The notes under the pieces are model-generated. The model was not told the DNA's origin. It searched no databases and was given only the letters and a program-made list of their open reading frames with translations. Position numbers and translations under genes: made by a program. From Clostridia bacterium (GTDB taxonomy: Bacteria; Bacillota; Clostridia; Christensenellales; UBA1242): a stretch of 55,440 nucleotides of DNA. Below are positions 16,993-26,507 of this stretch, piece by piece; position 1 is the stretch's first letter, and the number at the start of each line of letters is the position of its first letter. The stretch is from NCBI GenBank assembly GCA_017936585.1, contig JAGBFI010000037.1:1-55440 (forward strand). The letters run 5' to 3'.

Positions 16993-17844
16993 TTATAAAT
17001 CGCTTTTGATTATTTTGATGATTTTATCTGTCACCTCAACAGGTTCTTTTCTTCTTTCGAGTTTGTCGAAACCGATTGCAATGCCCATGATGATGCAAGC
17101 TACTGCAAAGAATCCAGCTGTATACATGATGAAGAAGATAATCCAAGGGACAGCAGGATAAATGAGACTGAGAAGTGGCAAATGACAAGCAATGTAAGGT
17201 CCGATATAGAACATGTTTACGTCTGACTCAGGGTTGACATGGTGAGCGATTATGTTCATCAAAAGTGCAATTATAAGCATAATCACAAAAACAATTGTTG
17301 CTTTATACACGCTTTTGAAATTCAGCCTGACAGTTCTTGTCGCCAAAAGAAGGAAACCGATGATAACCATTCCGCCGTGCCAAATCATTGTGTGGATGTT
17401 GATAAAAATTTGGCTTATGAAAACATCGTTTGGGATGATCATAACAATAAGACCAGCAAAAAAGGCAAAAGTGCCGAGATAGCTTAAGATGCTTTCGCGA
17501 ATTTGACCTTTTTTGAAGAAGCCGACAATCAACAACAAATACATAGGTGTTGAACAGAATTGGAATGGGAAGTTTGAAAAATTAAAATTCCAAACTGCGT
17601 TGCCAGCGCCGTCCACATGAAAACTGAAGGAAAGTTGTTTCAGCAGTTCGAAAATCAAAAGAACAACGCCACTTACAATAATTGTGATGTTGACTGCCTT
17701 TGGGCTGATTTTCTTTCTGAATATGTAAATCAGGGCACAAGCCACAATCATAATTCCCCAGCACAGCAGGTGATACCAACCATAAGACGTTGGTGTTGTC
17801 ATGCGGCTGTCCAGCCACAACATAAATTGTTCAAATCCGTTCAT
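16993..17844 (-). CDS. YwaF/TMEM164-like integral membrane protein
   Basis: YGWYHL, FPFQFCS, HTMIWH, NMFYI; several TM helices. Confidence 0.75.
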   Translation of the reverse strand: MNGFEQFMLWLDSRMTTPTSYGWYHLLCWGIMIVACALIYIFRKKISPKAVNITIIVSGVVLLIFELLKQLSFSFHVDGAGNAVWNFNFSNFPFQFCSTPMYLLLIVGFFKKGQIRESILSYLGTFAFFAGLIVMIIPNDVFISQIFINIHTMIWHGGMVIIGFLLLATRTVRLNFKSVYKATIVFVIMLIIALLMNIIAHHVNPESDVNMFYIGPYIACHLPLLSLIYPAVPWIIFFIMYTAGFFAVACIIMGIAIGFDKLERRKEPVEVTDKIIKIIKSDL

Positions 17845-18150
17845 AAAAACCTCTTCAAAATTGGAAAAATCTTGCCAGAAAAAAGATTCTCTGTGCAAGA
17901 TTTCTTCTACCTGTTCTTATAATATCAAATCCAACGCTTTTAAGTCAAGAAAATGGAGAAAATTATCATTTTTTACAAGAAAATGCAGCATTCGACAGCA
18001 TTAGATAATATTTTTCTTGCAACAAGAAACGTAGTGTGTGCTGTTTATTTAAAGGAGAGTAAATAAATCAAAAAAAGCATTTTTAATTGTTTTCAAAAAT
18101 CCATCGGCTGTGATATACTTTATAAGAAGATGCGACCCTCAGGAGGCCTT

Positions 18151-20021
18151 ATGCAAAAGAATATTATTTTCACAGATTGCTTTAACACAATCATTTGCAG
18201 AAAAGTTTCGGCAAATGATGTGATTTTTCTTTGGGCTGAGGAAATGGCGAAGAAATATTCGGATGTCTCAGCAGAAAGATTTTATTTTCTTTTCAAAAAC
18301 TCAGAGAAGAAACTGGCGCAACAAAATCGTGCTTTGTATGGAGAAAAGGAATATTTTTTAAGTGATATTTTGGATGAAATCGCCAATGTTTTAAGTTTTT
18401 ATTCTTTAAGCTCAAATTTTGATAAACATAGGTTTGTGACTGAAGCGGCAATAATGTATTCAAGGATTGAAAAAGACAACCAGTTTTTGAGTCAAAAAGT
18501 TGTCAAATTTTTGAAAGAAAAGAAAGAGCAAGGGTGCAAGATTTATGTAGTGTCAGATTTTTATTGTGGCAAAAAAACCTTGTTTGACTGGCTGCAAAAT
18601 CTTGGTGTGGAAGATTTGTTTGACGATATTTTTGTTTCTTGTGAGTTTAAGAAATCAAAACGAACTTGCCAGCTTTACCAACACTTGCTTGGTAAATTGG
18701 GGGTGTCAGCTGGGAAAGTTTTGATGATTGGAGACAATGCTCACGCGGACTATCGAAATGCAAAGAAGTCTGGACTGTCTTCGCAACGGGTACGTATAAA
18801 AATTCCAAAAACAAGCAAAAAAGTTGCAAAAATCAAAGAAAAATATTCGTCTAATAAGATTTTCGATGAAATTTTTGATGATTTTGGGAAGAAACTCAAC
18901 TATTCAAATTATGCTTTTCCGCTTTACATATTCACCAAAAGGCTTGCGGAGTTTTCACAAAAGAAAGGAGAAAAAAACGTTTTCTTCTTGGCGAGGGAAG
19001 GAAAATTTTTGAAAAAACTTTTTGATTGTTTTTGCCATAAGAATGGGGTTGACATCAAAACACACTATCTTCAGGTTTCAAGAAATTCTGTTTTGGTTGC
19101 AAGCTTGAAGCCTTTGAATGAGGAAAAATTTGAAAACCTGTTGAAAGAAATCTCAAAAATTACGCCTGCAAATTTTCTGGCTTCATTGACTTTTTGCCAA
19201 ACCGAAATCGACAGGATTGTTGAAGAAGCAAAAATTGATGGACAAAAACCTGTTTTAAACTTTTTAAATTCAAGTGAATTTGCAAAAATCAAGGAGAGCA
19301 ATTTCTTCCAAGAGATTTACAACAGAAAACTTGATCAGCAAAAGCCTGCTTTTGAAAAATATCTTCAAAGTTTTGATGTGGACTTCGAAAAAGATGGTAT
19401 GTTGCTTGTGGATGTTGGCTGGAAAGGTACAATGCAAGATTATTTGCAAAGGTTTTTCGGTGAAAAAGTTGCTTTGACAGGCTGTTATGTCGGCTGCAGA
19501 AATTCCGTGGGGGGGCTTCCGCAGAACAAAAAATTGGTTTGCTTTATGACAAAGGAGTGAAACTTTTTGGCACAAAAAGAGAAAACAAAATCTACAAATT
19601 CAGAATGTATAATTATGAACAGGTTTTGCGAGCTGATGAACTGCGAACGATTGGATATCAGCAGGATGGCGAAAAGGTGAAAGTTATATATGACAAAACC
19701 TTTGATGAAAAGGCTGTTTACGAGATCGTGACAAAACCTTTGCAAGAGCAAATTTTTAAAAAGTTTGTTAAAATTTGCGATGCTGACAAGAAAAATTATT
19801 GCAAAATTGAAGATGTTTCAATGAAAAAATATGTCAAAATGATGAAGAAAACTTCAAAAGCAGACTTTGAATGGTTGTTTAACAGCGAAAATACTCATTT
19901 TGACAGTTTTGCCAGAGTTGGTTTTGCGATAAAAAGCCACAGACCTCGAATGAAATTTTTGCTGTATAGGTTTGTCAATAACTGCTTTTGCATTTGGAAC
20001 AGAAAGACCTTGAGAGAATAA
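18151..20021 (+). pseudogene. HAD-superfamily hydrolase (surface-polysaccharide type) split by a frameshift near G7 at 19509-19515
   Basis: VSDFY, SCEFKKSK, IGDN, FLAREG, VDVGWKGTMQ; the -1 frame continues ...QKIGLLYDK to 20021. Confidence 0.7.
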
Positions 20022-20107
20022 ACGACAAAAGAAGTAACATAATTTGTGACGGCGAAATAAAATGTAAATAGATGGGTGAAAGGTATTCGTCCATCTGGGA
20101 GAAAATT

Positions 20108-20593
20108 ATGCCTAACAGAAGATTTAATTGTTGTATATACAATCATCCTTGCCCAATCTTTTGTCCCATAAAGTTGTCTTGCTCAAATGATGTTGTCAAT
20201 CCAATCGTCAGCAGTGCCTATGGCTTCTTCAATAACTCTGCAGGAGGGACTTTTGCTTTCGAATCGCAAGTTCCTCTTGGGCTTGTGATCTTTGGAGGGG
20301 AAGGCGTTGCATCAAGCAGCGGATCTGTGTTTGTCACTCCTGGTGTTTATGAAGTCAACTACTTCGCAGGAGGAACGGTGCCGGCGGGCGGAACGCTGAG
20401 CGTGAAACTTCGCTTGAATGGTGTTGATGTGGACGGCTCAGTCATAACAAGTGTTCAGACAGTGGGAGAGAACGTCAATCTGACACGAACAATTGTTGTC
20501 TCTGCTGACCAGGGTGGAATTTTGGAACTTGCGAACAATTCCGGCGAGTCTGCAACATTCTCATTTGCAAGTATGTTTGTGAGACGATTATAG
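20108..20593 (+). CDS. BclA C-terminal-like (exosporium/spore surface) protein
   Basis: Cys-rich N-terminus; PGVYEVNY, LRLNG, LELANNS, final IRRL-like strand. Confidence 0.65.
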   Translation: MPNRRFNCCIYNHPCPIFCPIKLSCSNDVVNPIVSSAYGFFNNSAGGTFAFESQVPLGLVIFGGEGVASSSGSVFVTPGVYEVNYFAGGTVPAGGTLSVKLRLNGVDVDGSVITSVQTVGENVNLTRTIVVSADQGGILELANNSGESATFSFASMFVRRL

Positions 20594-20827
20594 AGATTTT
20601 CAACAAAAACATGTTGAAAGATGCCAAAAAATCGCGAAAAAACATAATTTTCTCTGAAATTTTATGATTTTTGTCATCAAAAACAAAAAAATCGCAATAA
20701 AAAAAAGATGAAATTTCTGCTTATATTAGTTTGATTTTTTCAAAATGGCTGTGTTACAATGTAGATGTAAGAGGGATTGCGAATAGAGCAAACAATCCTG
20801 CACAAACTAATGTAAGGAGGTGTCCAA

Positions 20828-20968
20828 ATGGCAAAAAACTTTAAAGATATCTTCGAGGAGATGACTTGGGAAATGTTTAAGTTGTCCGGCGGCAATCCTT
20901 ATATTGTGCAAGATATGGTTCGTGAACGTAACGCAGAAAGACAAAAACAAACGGAGAAAACTTTATAA
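20828..20968 (+). CDS. YqzL-like small protein, 46 aa (not in ORF track)
   Basis: AAGGAGG RBS; TWEMFKLSG..PY motif; directly upstream of recO, as yqzL is in Bacillus. Confidence 0.6.
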   Translation: MAKNFKDIFEEMTWEMFKLSGGNPYIVQDMVRERNAERQKQTEKTL

Positions 20969-20971
20969 GAG

Positions 20972-21700
20972 ATGGCAGAGAAAGTCAAGGCAATAGTCAT
21001 AAAATCAAATGACCGAAAAGAGAAGGATAAGAATATTCTTCTTTTTTCTCTTGAAAAAGGCAAGGTTTGGGCGACACTTCGAAGTGTGAAAAGTCCAAGT
21101 GCCAAAATGAAAACCGCACAAAATGCGTTTGCTTTTGGCGAATTTATGCTTGAAGAAGGCAAGTCCGGCTGGGTGGTTACGGGTTTTGAAAGCATTGAAA
21201 GTTTTCGCGAAATTCCAGAAAATATCGACAAATATTTCGAAGCTTCAGCAGTGCTGGAGGTGATAAATCAGTTGGAATTTTCAAGTGGTAGCGAGTGTGC
21301 CAAGGTTTTTGTGCTTACTTTGAAAACCTTGAAGACAATTTGTTTTGGCAAAGCAAAAGAAAATTACAGTTTATGTAAGTTTTTTATTGAACTTTTCAAA
21401 ATCACGGGCTCGCCGCTTTTTACAACAAAGTGCAGTTGTTGCGGAAACGTGACTTTTGATAAGCTACATATCAATTATTCGATTGGTGAACTTGTCTGCT
21501 CAAATTGCAAAAATTTGGGCTGCGAAGAATTGTCAAAGGTGACTTTTCAGGCTCTCAAAATTTTGGATTACACCGATTTTGACAGGCTTGAGACATTGAA
21601 ATTGGCGGAAGGAAGCCAACTTGCTCTTCTTAAAATTTTGTGCAAGAATTTTGATGCTCGCTTTTCAGCGAAATTGAAACTTATGGGAATTTTGTCATAG
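20972..21700 (+). CDS. recO: DNA repair protein RecO
   Basis: AIVIK...KEKDK.ILLFS.EKGK OB-fold start; CSCC/CSNC Zn site. Confidence 0.9.
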   Translation: MAEKVKAIVIKSNDRKEKDKNILLFSLEKGKVWATLRSVKSPSAKMKTAQNAFAFGEFMLEEGKSGWVVTGFESIESFREIPENIDKYFEASAVLEVINQLEFSSGSECAKVFVLTLKTLKTICFGKAKENYSLCKFFIELFKITGSPLFTTKCSCCGNVTFDKLHINYSIGELVCSNCKNLGCEELSKVTFQALKILDYTDFDRLETLKLAEGSQLALLKILCKNFDARFSAKLKLMGILS

Positions 21701-22552
21701 AAAGTCAATGGTGATGTCGTCAACTTTTCCGTCTGCAAGATTAAATCTGACAAAATTTTTCTGATTTGCAGAAATTGTGATAAATTCTATGGTTGAAAGC
21801 GGCAGAAAGGTTGTAATATTTCCAAAAAAAGACCTAATTTGATCACAGTCGATGCTGTTTTTCAAATTTTCACTCAAAAAATTCAGAGCACAGGAAAAAT
21901 CTTTTGCTTTGACGCTTTCCATCAGTTTGTAAGGTGTTAGTTCTGGATTTTCGCAAACATAATCGCTTGTGAAGGTTTCGTTTTCCACAACAATATCTTC
22001 CTCAAAATTATATGTTGCACTTTTTTCACGATTTTGACTGTCGTGAAATATTTTTTTTAATTCCAAACTGTTCCCATTCAAAGAAAGTTCTCCGCAAAAA
22101 TGCGTTAGTTTGTTGTTTTTTATTGAATACGCATAGAAATGGTCGTCAAATTGTACACAAGCATAGTCTTTGATCTTGAAAACTTTGTTTTCTTTGCATG
22201 GGTGTGGACATGTGTATGCAATTTTTTTGTCGGAGGTTTCAAAACAGATGTGGTTTCCGCAAATTTCAACATCACAAGCCTTTCCGGCAAAGGAGAAACT
22301 CTCTTTTTGAGAAATGGACAGGGTTTTTCTCTCTTCAAGCAAAATGATGGTGCAATCATCATGGGTTAGGATGGAATAATTTTCGTTTTCCTTGAGATTT
22401 TTAAGATTGACATAAAATGGTGGAGAAGAAAGAGGATAGACAAAAAGTCTCTCTTCATCCTCAATTTCCAGCCCGTTGTTCGCGTCAAGTTCGTATTCCT
22501 TTTCGCCAATTTTCACCAGACATTCAAAAGGTGTTTTCAATAAATATTTCAT
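21695..22552 (-). CDS. Hypothetical protein
   Basis: Long ORF with host-like composition; start reassigned to MKYLLK. Confidence 0.75.
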   Translation of the reverse strand: MKYLLKTPFECLVKIGEKEYELDANNGLEIEDEERLFVYPLSSPPFYVNLKNLKENENYSILTHDDCTIILLEERKTLSISQKESFSFAGKACDVEICGNHICFETSDKKIAYTCPHPCKENKVFKIKDYACVQFDDHFYAYSIKNNKLTHFCGELSLNGNSLELKKIFHDSQNREKSATYNFEEDIVVENETFTSDYVCENPELTPYKLMESVKAKDFSCALNFLSENLKNSIDCDQIRSFFGNITTFLPLSTIEFITISANQKNFVRFNLADGKVDDITIDFL

Positions 22553-22696
22553 AATAAAAATATATGCCAACTTTGTGGTGTTTAATACACTATTTGAAAA
22601 AGTTAAAAATAAAAAAGACAAAAATTGACAGCATTCATAAGAAAATTTTTTTTAAAAATGCTGCACCTTGGGAACATTTTTTATGTGGAGGAAATT

Positions 22697-23425
22697 ATGA
22701 AGATTTGGAATGATGAAGAGGTGAAATTTTTATTTTCGGCAGTGGAAGACTGCAAAAATGAGCAAAAATCTTTGAAAAATGCTTTTATTTTGCATGCGGA
22801 GAAGTTTAAACGCAAGCCAAACAGCGTCAGAAATTATTATTATCACGAAGTAGACAATTTGTGTGAGGACAAAGCAAGATGTGTCAAACTTGGAATTGAC
22901 ATTTTTCAACATTCAAAAACTCATTTTGTAAGTTTTGATAAAATTCAAGAAGAAGAACTTTTTGAAAAGATTGAAAATTTTGTAAAAGCGGGAGAATCTG
23001 TGCGTGCGGCATGCTTGAAATTGAGCGGCGGAGATTTGTCACTGATGACACGCTTTCAAAACAAATATCAAAACATGAAGAGGAAGATTGAGCGTGAAAA
23101 CAAAATCATTCCTTTTCAAAAACCACGAAAAGGGTTGACGGACAGCGACATTAACAGCTTGTTTTTGGGACTTGTGAAATTGATTAAAAAAGCAGCTCAG
23201 GAAGAGGCGGCGGACAAAAATTCAAGTGAGGTTATGCAAAAAGCATATGCTGACTTATGCAAAAAAGACGAAGAAATTGCCTTTTTGAAAAGTGAGTTTG
23301 AGAAGATAAAAAATGAAAACAAAAATTTGCTTTTGAAGTTGGAAAAATCAAAGAAAAATGCGCTTGAATATCATATTATCAAAAAACGAACAACTGACGG
23401 CGATGAGAATCAAAAAAGAGTTTGA
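22697..23425 (+). CDS. RsfA/YlbO-like Myb-type regulator with coiled coil
   Basis: W.DEE..FL...AF..A....R...SVRNYYY pattern; GGAGG RBS. Confidence 0.55.
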   Translation: MKIWNDEEVKFLFSAVEDCKNEQKSLKNAFILHAEKFKRKPNSVRNYYYHEVDNLCEDKARCVKLGIDIFQHSKTHFVSFDKIQEEELFEKIENFVKAGESVRAACLKLSGGDLSLMTRFQNKYQNMKRKIERENKIIPFQKPRKGLTDSDINSLFLGLVKLIKKAAQEEAADKNSSEVMQKAYADLCKKDEEIAFLKSEFEKIKNENKNLLLKLEKSKKNALEYHIIKKRTTDGDENQKRV

Positions 23426-23456
23426 TTTATGGGTGATTTTGTGATAAAATTTGTGT

Positions 23457-26400
23457 ATGGAAATCAAACTTATCACTGGAGCCACCACCTTTGAGGCGGC
23501 GGTCAACACAATTAAGCAAATTGATGTGACAGACATTCAGCAACAAAACATTGTGGTTGTGCCGGATAGTTTTTCGTTGCAAGCAGAAAATTTGATTTTT
23601 AAGGTGCTGAAGTTAAAATCCACTTTCAACATTGAAATTGTGGGAATTTCAAGACTTGCAAGCAAGCTTTTGAGAAGCAATAACATTGGTTTTGATCGAA
23701 TTTCCGCGCTTGAGGAAATTTTCAACATATACAAAGCAGTCAAGGGGTGTGAAGTCAAGTTTCAATATTTCAAAACTTGTGGGGTGGAATTTTGTGTGAC
23801 AATTTTGCAGGTGATCAAGCAGTTTAAGGCGTGTAAGATTGCTCCAGACAAAATGAAGGTCACGAAAAATGACGACCTTTTGGCAAAAAAGATGCATGAT
23901 TTGAGAATGATTTATGAGGCATATGATGCTCTTCTTGGAGAAAAACTGGATCTTTCAAAACTCCTCAAGTTTTTTGTTGAAAAGGCTGATACGCGGTTGG
24001 ATTTGTCAAAAACAAACCTGTTTTTTGTCAATTTTGACAGTTTTTCCATGGAAATTAACTCTTTTATCTGCAATCTCGCAAAATCTGTCGGAAAAATTTA
24101 CATCGGAATGGCAAGGCCGATTTCTCCAAAAAATGCATTTATTTATGAAAACGACATTTTCAAGAAGACAACTGCTTTGGCAAAGGAATATTCAGTGCCA
24201 GTGAAAGTTGAAAGTTTTGCGACAGAAATTTCGGGCGAAAAATTAAAAATTGTTGAAAATCTGTTTGCTTTTGATGTTGAATGTGGAAAAAGTGACAAAT
24301 TTTTGAATATTTTGGCAAAAAACAAGCAAGATGAAGTTGAATATGCTGCAAAATACATAAAATATCAAGTATTCAATGGAAAGCGATTTAAGGATTTTTC
24401 GATTGCCGTGTCAGATGAGAAATATTTTGACTTGATCAAGCAAACTTTTGCCGATTTTGGGATTGCGGTTTATTGTGATGATGCTGTCAACTTGAGTCAA
24501 ACAATTTTAGGGCGCTTTGTTTTCAAAATGCTGGAAATTGCAAAGCTTGGCTTTGGCAGAGAAGCGTTTGAATATCTTGCATCCTCTCCTCTTTTTGGGG
24601 AAGATGAAAAATTGCTTGGTCAAATTTTTTATTACCAAATTGAAGATGAAAAAGAATTTTTGAAAATTGCTCCACAGTTTGAAAAGATTGTTTTGCAAAT
24701 CAAAATGCTGAATTCGTGCAAAAAGGCGCATGAGTTTGAGAGTGTTTTGAGACAGCTTTTGATTTTTGTTGATGAGAAATATCAAAATTTTCTCTTCAAA
24801 ATGGAAGATGAGCGATTTTTCAAAAAGCAGAGCGAAAATGCTCAGGCAAAAGAGTTGATTGAACAAGTTTTCAAAAAACTTTCCGAACTTGGAGGGGAAG
24901 ATGAGTTCTTGTTGCTGGATTTTGAAAATCTTTTGAAGTTGGCATTTCGAAGTGTGAAGGTTGAGACAATCCCAACATATATTGACGCGGTTTATGTGGG
25001 TGATGCAACCACAAGCTATTTTGAAGATGTGGACACACTTTTTGTTTTAGGGGCGACAGCGAGAGCTCTCCCACGACAACAGGGCGACACTGGAATTATT
25101 GATGACGAAGAAATCAAAAAATTGAAGTTGGATTTTGCACTTGAGCCAGAGATTAGGGTACTAAATCGCAGAAACAGACTCAAACTTTTTGAATTGTTGC
25201 AACATTGGACAACCAAATTGATTGTTTGTCAGCCAATAAGTGAGGACGGAAGGCCTCTGCCAAGGGCAGATTTTGTCAATGATTTGATTTCGCTTTTTGG
25301 CAAGAATGTTGTGCATACGACGGCATATGAAGATTTTAATTTGGCTGGGCACTCAAAAGATGAAGAGTTTGAAAGACTTCTTTTCTGCCTTGGAAACAGA
25401 ATGAATTTGCTGAATGTATACAGCAAGTTGCGTGAGGATTTGCCACGCGAGTTTGCGGCTGAGGTTGGGCAAATTGCTGGAAAATCGAAAAAGGAACAAA
25501 ATTTGAGTGACGCAACAGTCAAACAAGAGGTTTTAACAATTTCGGCTTCGGCGTTGGAAAGTTATTTTGCGTGTCCTTTTAAGTTTTTCATGCAATATGG
25601 GCTGAAGGTGAAACAAAAAGAAACTGCTGAGCCAGACAAACGCAAGTTTGGAATTTTTCAACATGCACTATTGAAGGGCTTTGTTTCAAAATTTGAAAAT
25701 TTGAGAGCTGTGGATGAAAAACAAATTGAAACGTATTTGAAAGAAAATGTTTCAAAATTGGCTGAAGAAATCTATGATAAAGAGGTGTTGAAAAAAGGTT
25801 ATTTGCTTAAATTTTTGCAAAATGAAAGCAAAATCATTCTAAAAAACGTCATAAAAGAGCAAAAATGCAGCGATTTTAGGCCTGTTTTGCTTGAACAAAA
25901 GATTTTTGAACCGCTTGGCAATGATGTAAATTTGATTGGATTTGTGGACCGCGTTGATGCGTGCAAAAAGTATTTCAGAATTATTGACTACAAAACGGGA
26001 AAGACGGACAATTTGAAAAAAGAACTTTTTTATGGCAAAAAGTTGCAACTGTTTTTGTATGCAAATGCCGTCAAAAACAAGACAGGTTTGGATTGTGCGG
26101 GTGTTTATTATTTTGACTGTCAAACAAAATATTTAAAACTCAACAAACATAAAAATCTTTTCAATGGTTTGACGTTGAAAAACAATGAAATTGTTGAAAT
26201 GACCGATTTTAGAGTGTTCGATGAGGGCGTAAAAAGTGACATAATTGGTGTTTCTCGAAAGAAAAATGTCAAAGGTGGTGAGTTCTCGTTCAAAAATGGA
26301 AATTTGACAGAGAATTTTGCATCTGATTTTGATTATGCGAAACGAATTTCGCTTCAAGCCGTAAGTGAAATCAGAGATGGATATATCGCGCCAAAACCAT

Positions 26401-26507
26401 TTGCTGGTGAGTGCGCATTCTGTCCATACATTTCTGTGTGTAAGCACGGGGAAAATGACGGCGAGAGAAAAGTATTGAAAGAAAAAGTCGAGAAAAAGGA
26501 AGAATAG
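23457..26507 (+). CDS. addB: AddB/RexB nuclease subunit
   Basis: VVVPD, SASALE.Y.ACPF, GFVDRVD, IIDYKTG, QLFLY, C-terminal CAFCPY..VC Fe-S staple. Confidence 0.9.
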   Translation: MEIKLITGATTFEAAVNTIKQIDVTDIQQQNIVVVPDSFSLQAENLIFKVLKLKSTFNIEIVGISRLASKLLRSNNIGFDRISALEEIFNIYKAVKGCEVKFQYFKTCGVEFCVTILQVIKQFKACKIAPDKMKVTKNDDLLAKKMHDLRMIYEAYDALLGEKLDLSKLLKFFVEKADTRLDLSKTNLFFVNFDSFSMEINSFICNLAKSVGKIYIGMARPISPKNAFIYENDIFKKTTALAKEYSVPVKVESFATEISGEKLKIVENLFAFDVECGKSDKFLNILAKNKQDEVEYAAKYIKYQVFNGKRFKDFSIAVSDEKYFDLIKQTFADFGIAVYCDDAVNLSQTILGRFVFKMLEIAKLGFGREAFEYLASSPLFGEDEKLLGQIFYYQIEDEKEFLKIAPQFEKIVLQIKMLNSCKKAHEFESVLRQLLIFVDEKYQNFLFKMEDERFFKKQSENAQAKELIEQVFKKLSELGGEDEFLLLDFENLLKLAFRSVKVETIPTYIDAVYVGDATTSYFEDVDTLFVLGATARALPRQQGDTGIIDDEEIKKLKLDFALEPEIRVLNRRNRLKLFELLQHWTTKLIVCQPISEDGRPLPRADFVNDLISLFGKNVVHTTAYEDFNLAGHSKDEEFERLLFCLGNRMNLLNVYSKLREDLPREFAAEVGQIAGKSKKEQNLSDATVKQEVLTISASALESYFACPFKFFMQYGLKVKQKETAEPDKRKFGIFQHALLKGFVSKFENLRAVDEKQIETYLKENVSKLAEEIYDKEVLKKGYLLKFLQNESKIILKNVIKEQKCSDFRPVLLEQKIFEPLGNDVNLIGFVDRVDACKKYFRIIDYKTGKTDNLKKELFYGKKLQLFLYANAVKNKTGLDCAGVYYFDCQTKYLKLNKHKNLFNGLTLKNNEIVEMTDFRVFDEGVKSDIIGVSRKKNVKGGEFSFKNGNLTENFASDFDYAKRISLQAVSEIRDGYIAPKPFAGECAFCPYISVCKHGENDGERKVLKEKVEKKEE

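Noticed and set aside
17991-17997. Further exact 0A boxes (also 32869-32875)
   Set aside because: A 7-mer is expected several times by chance in 55 kb, and there is no supporting context
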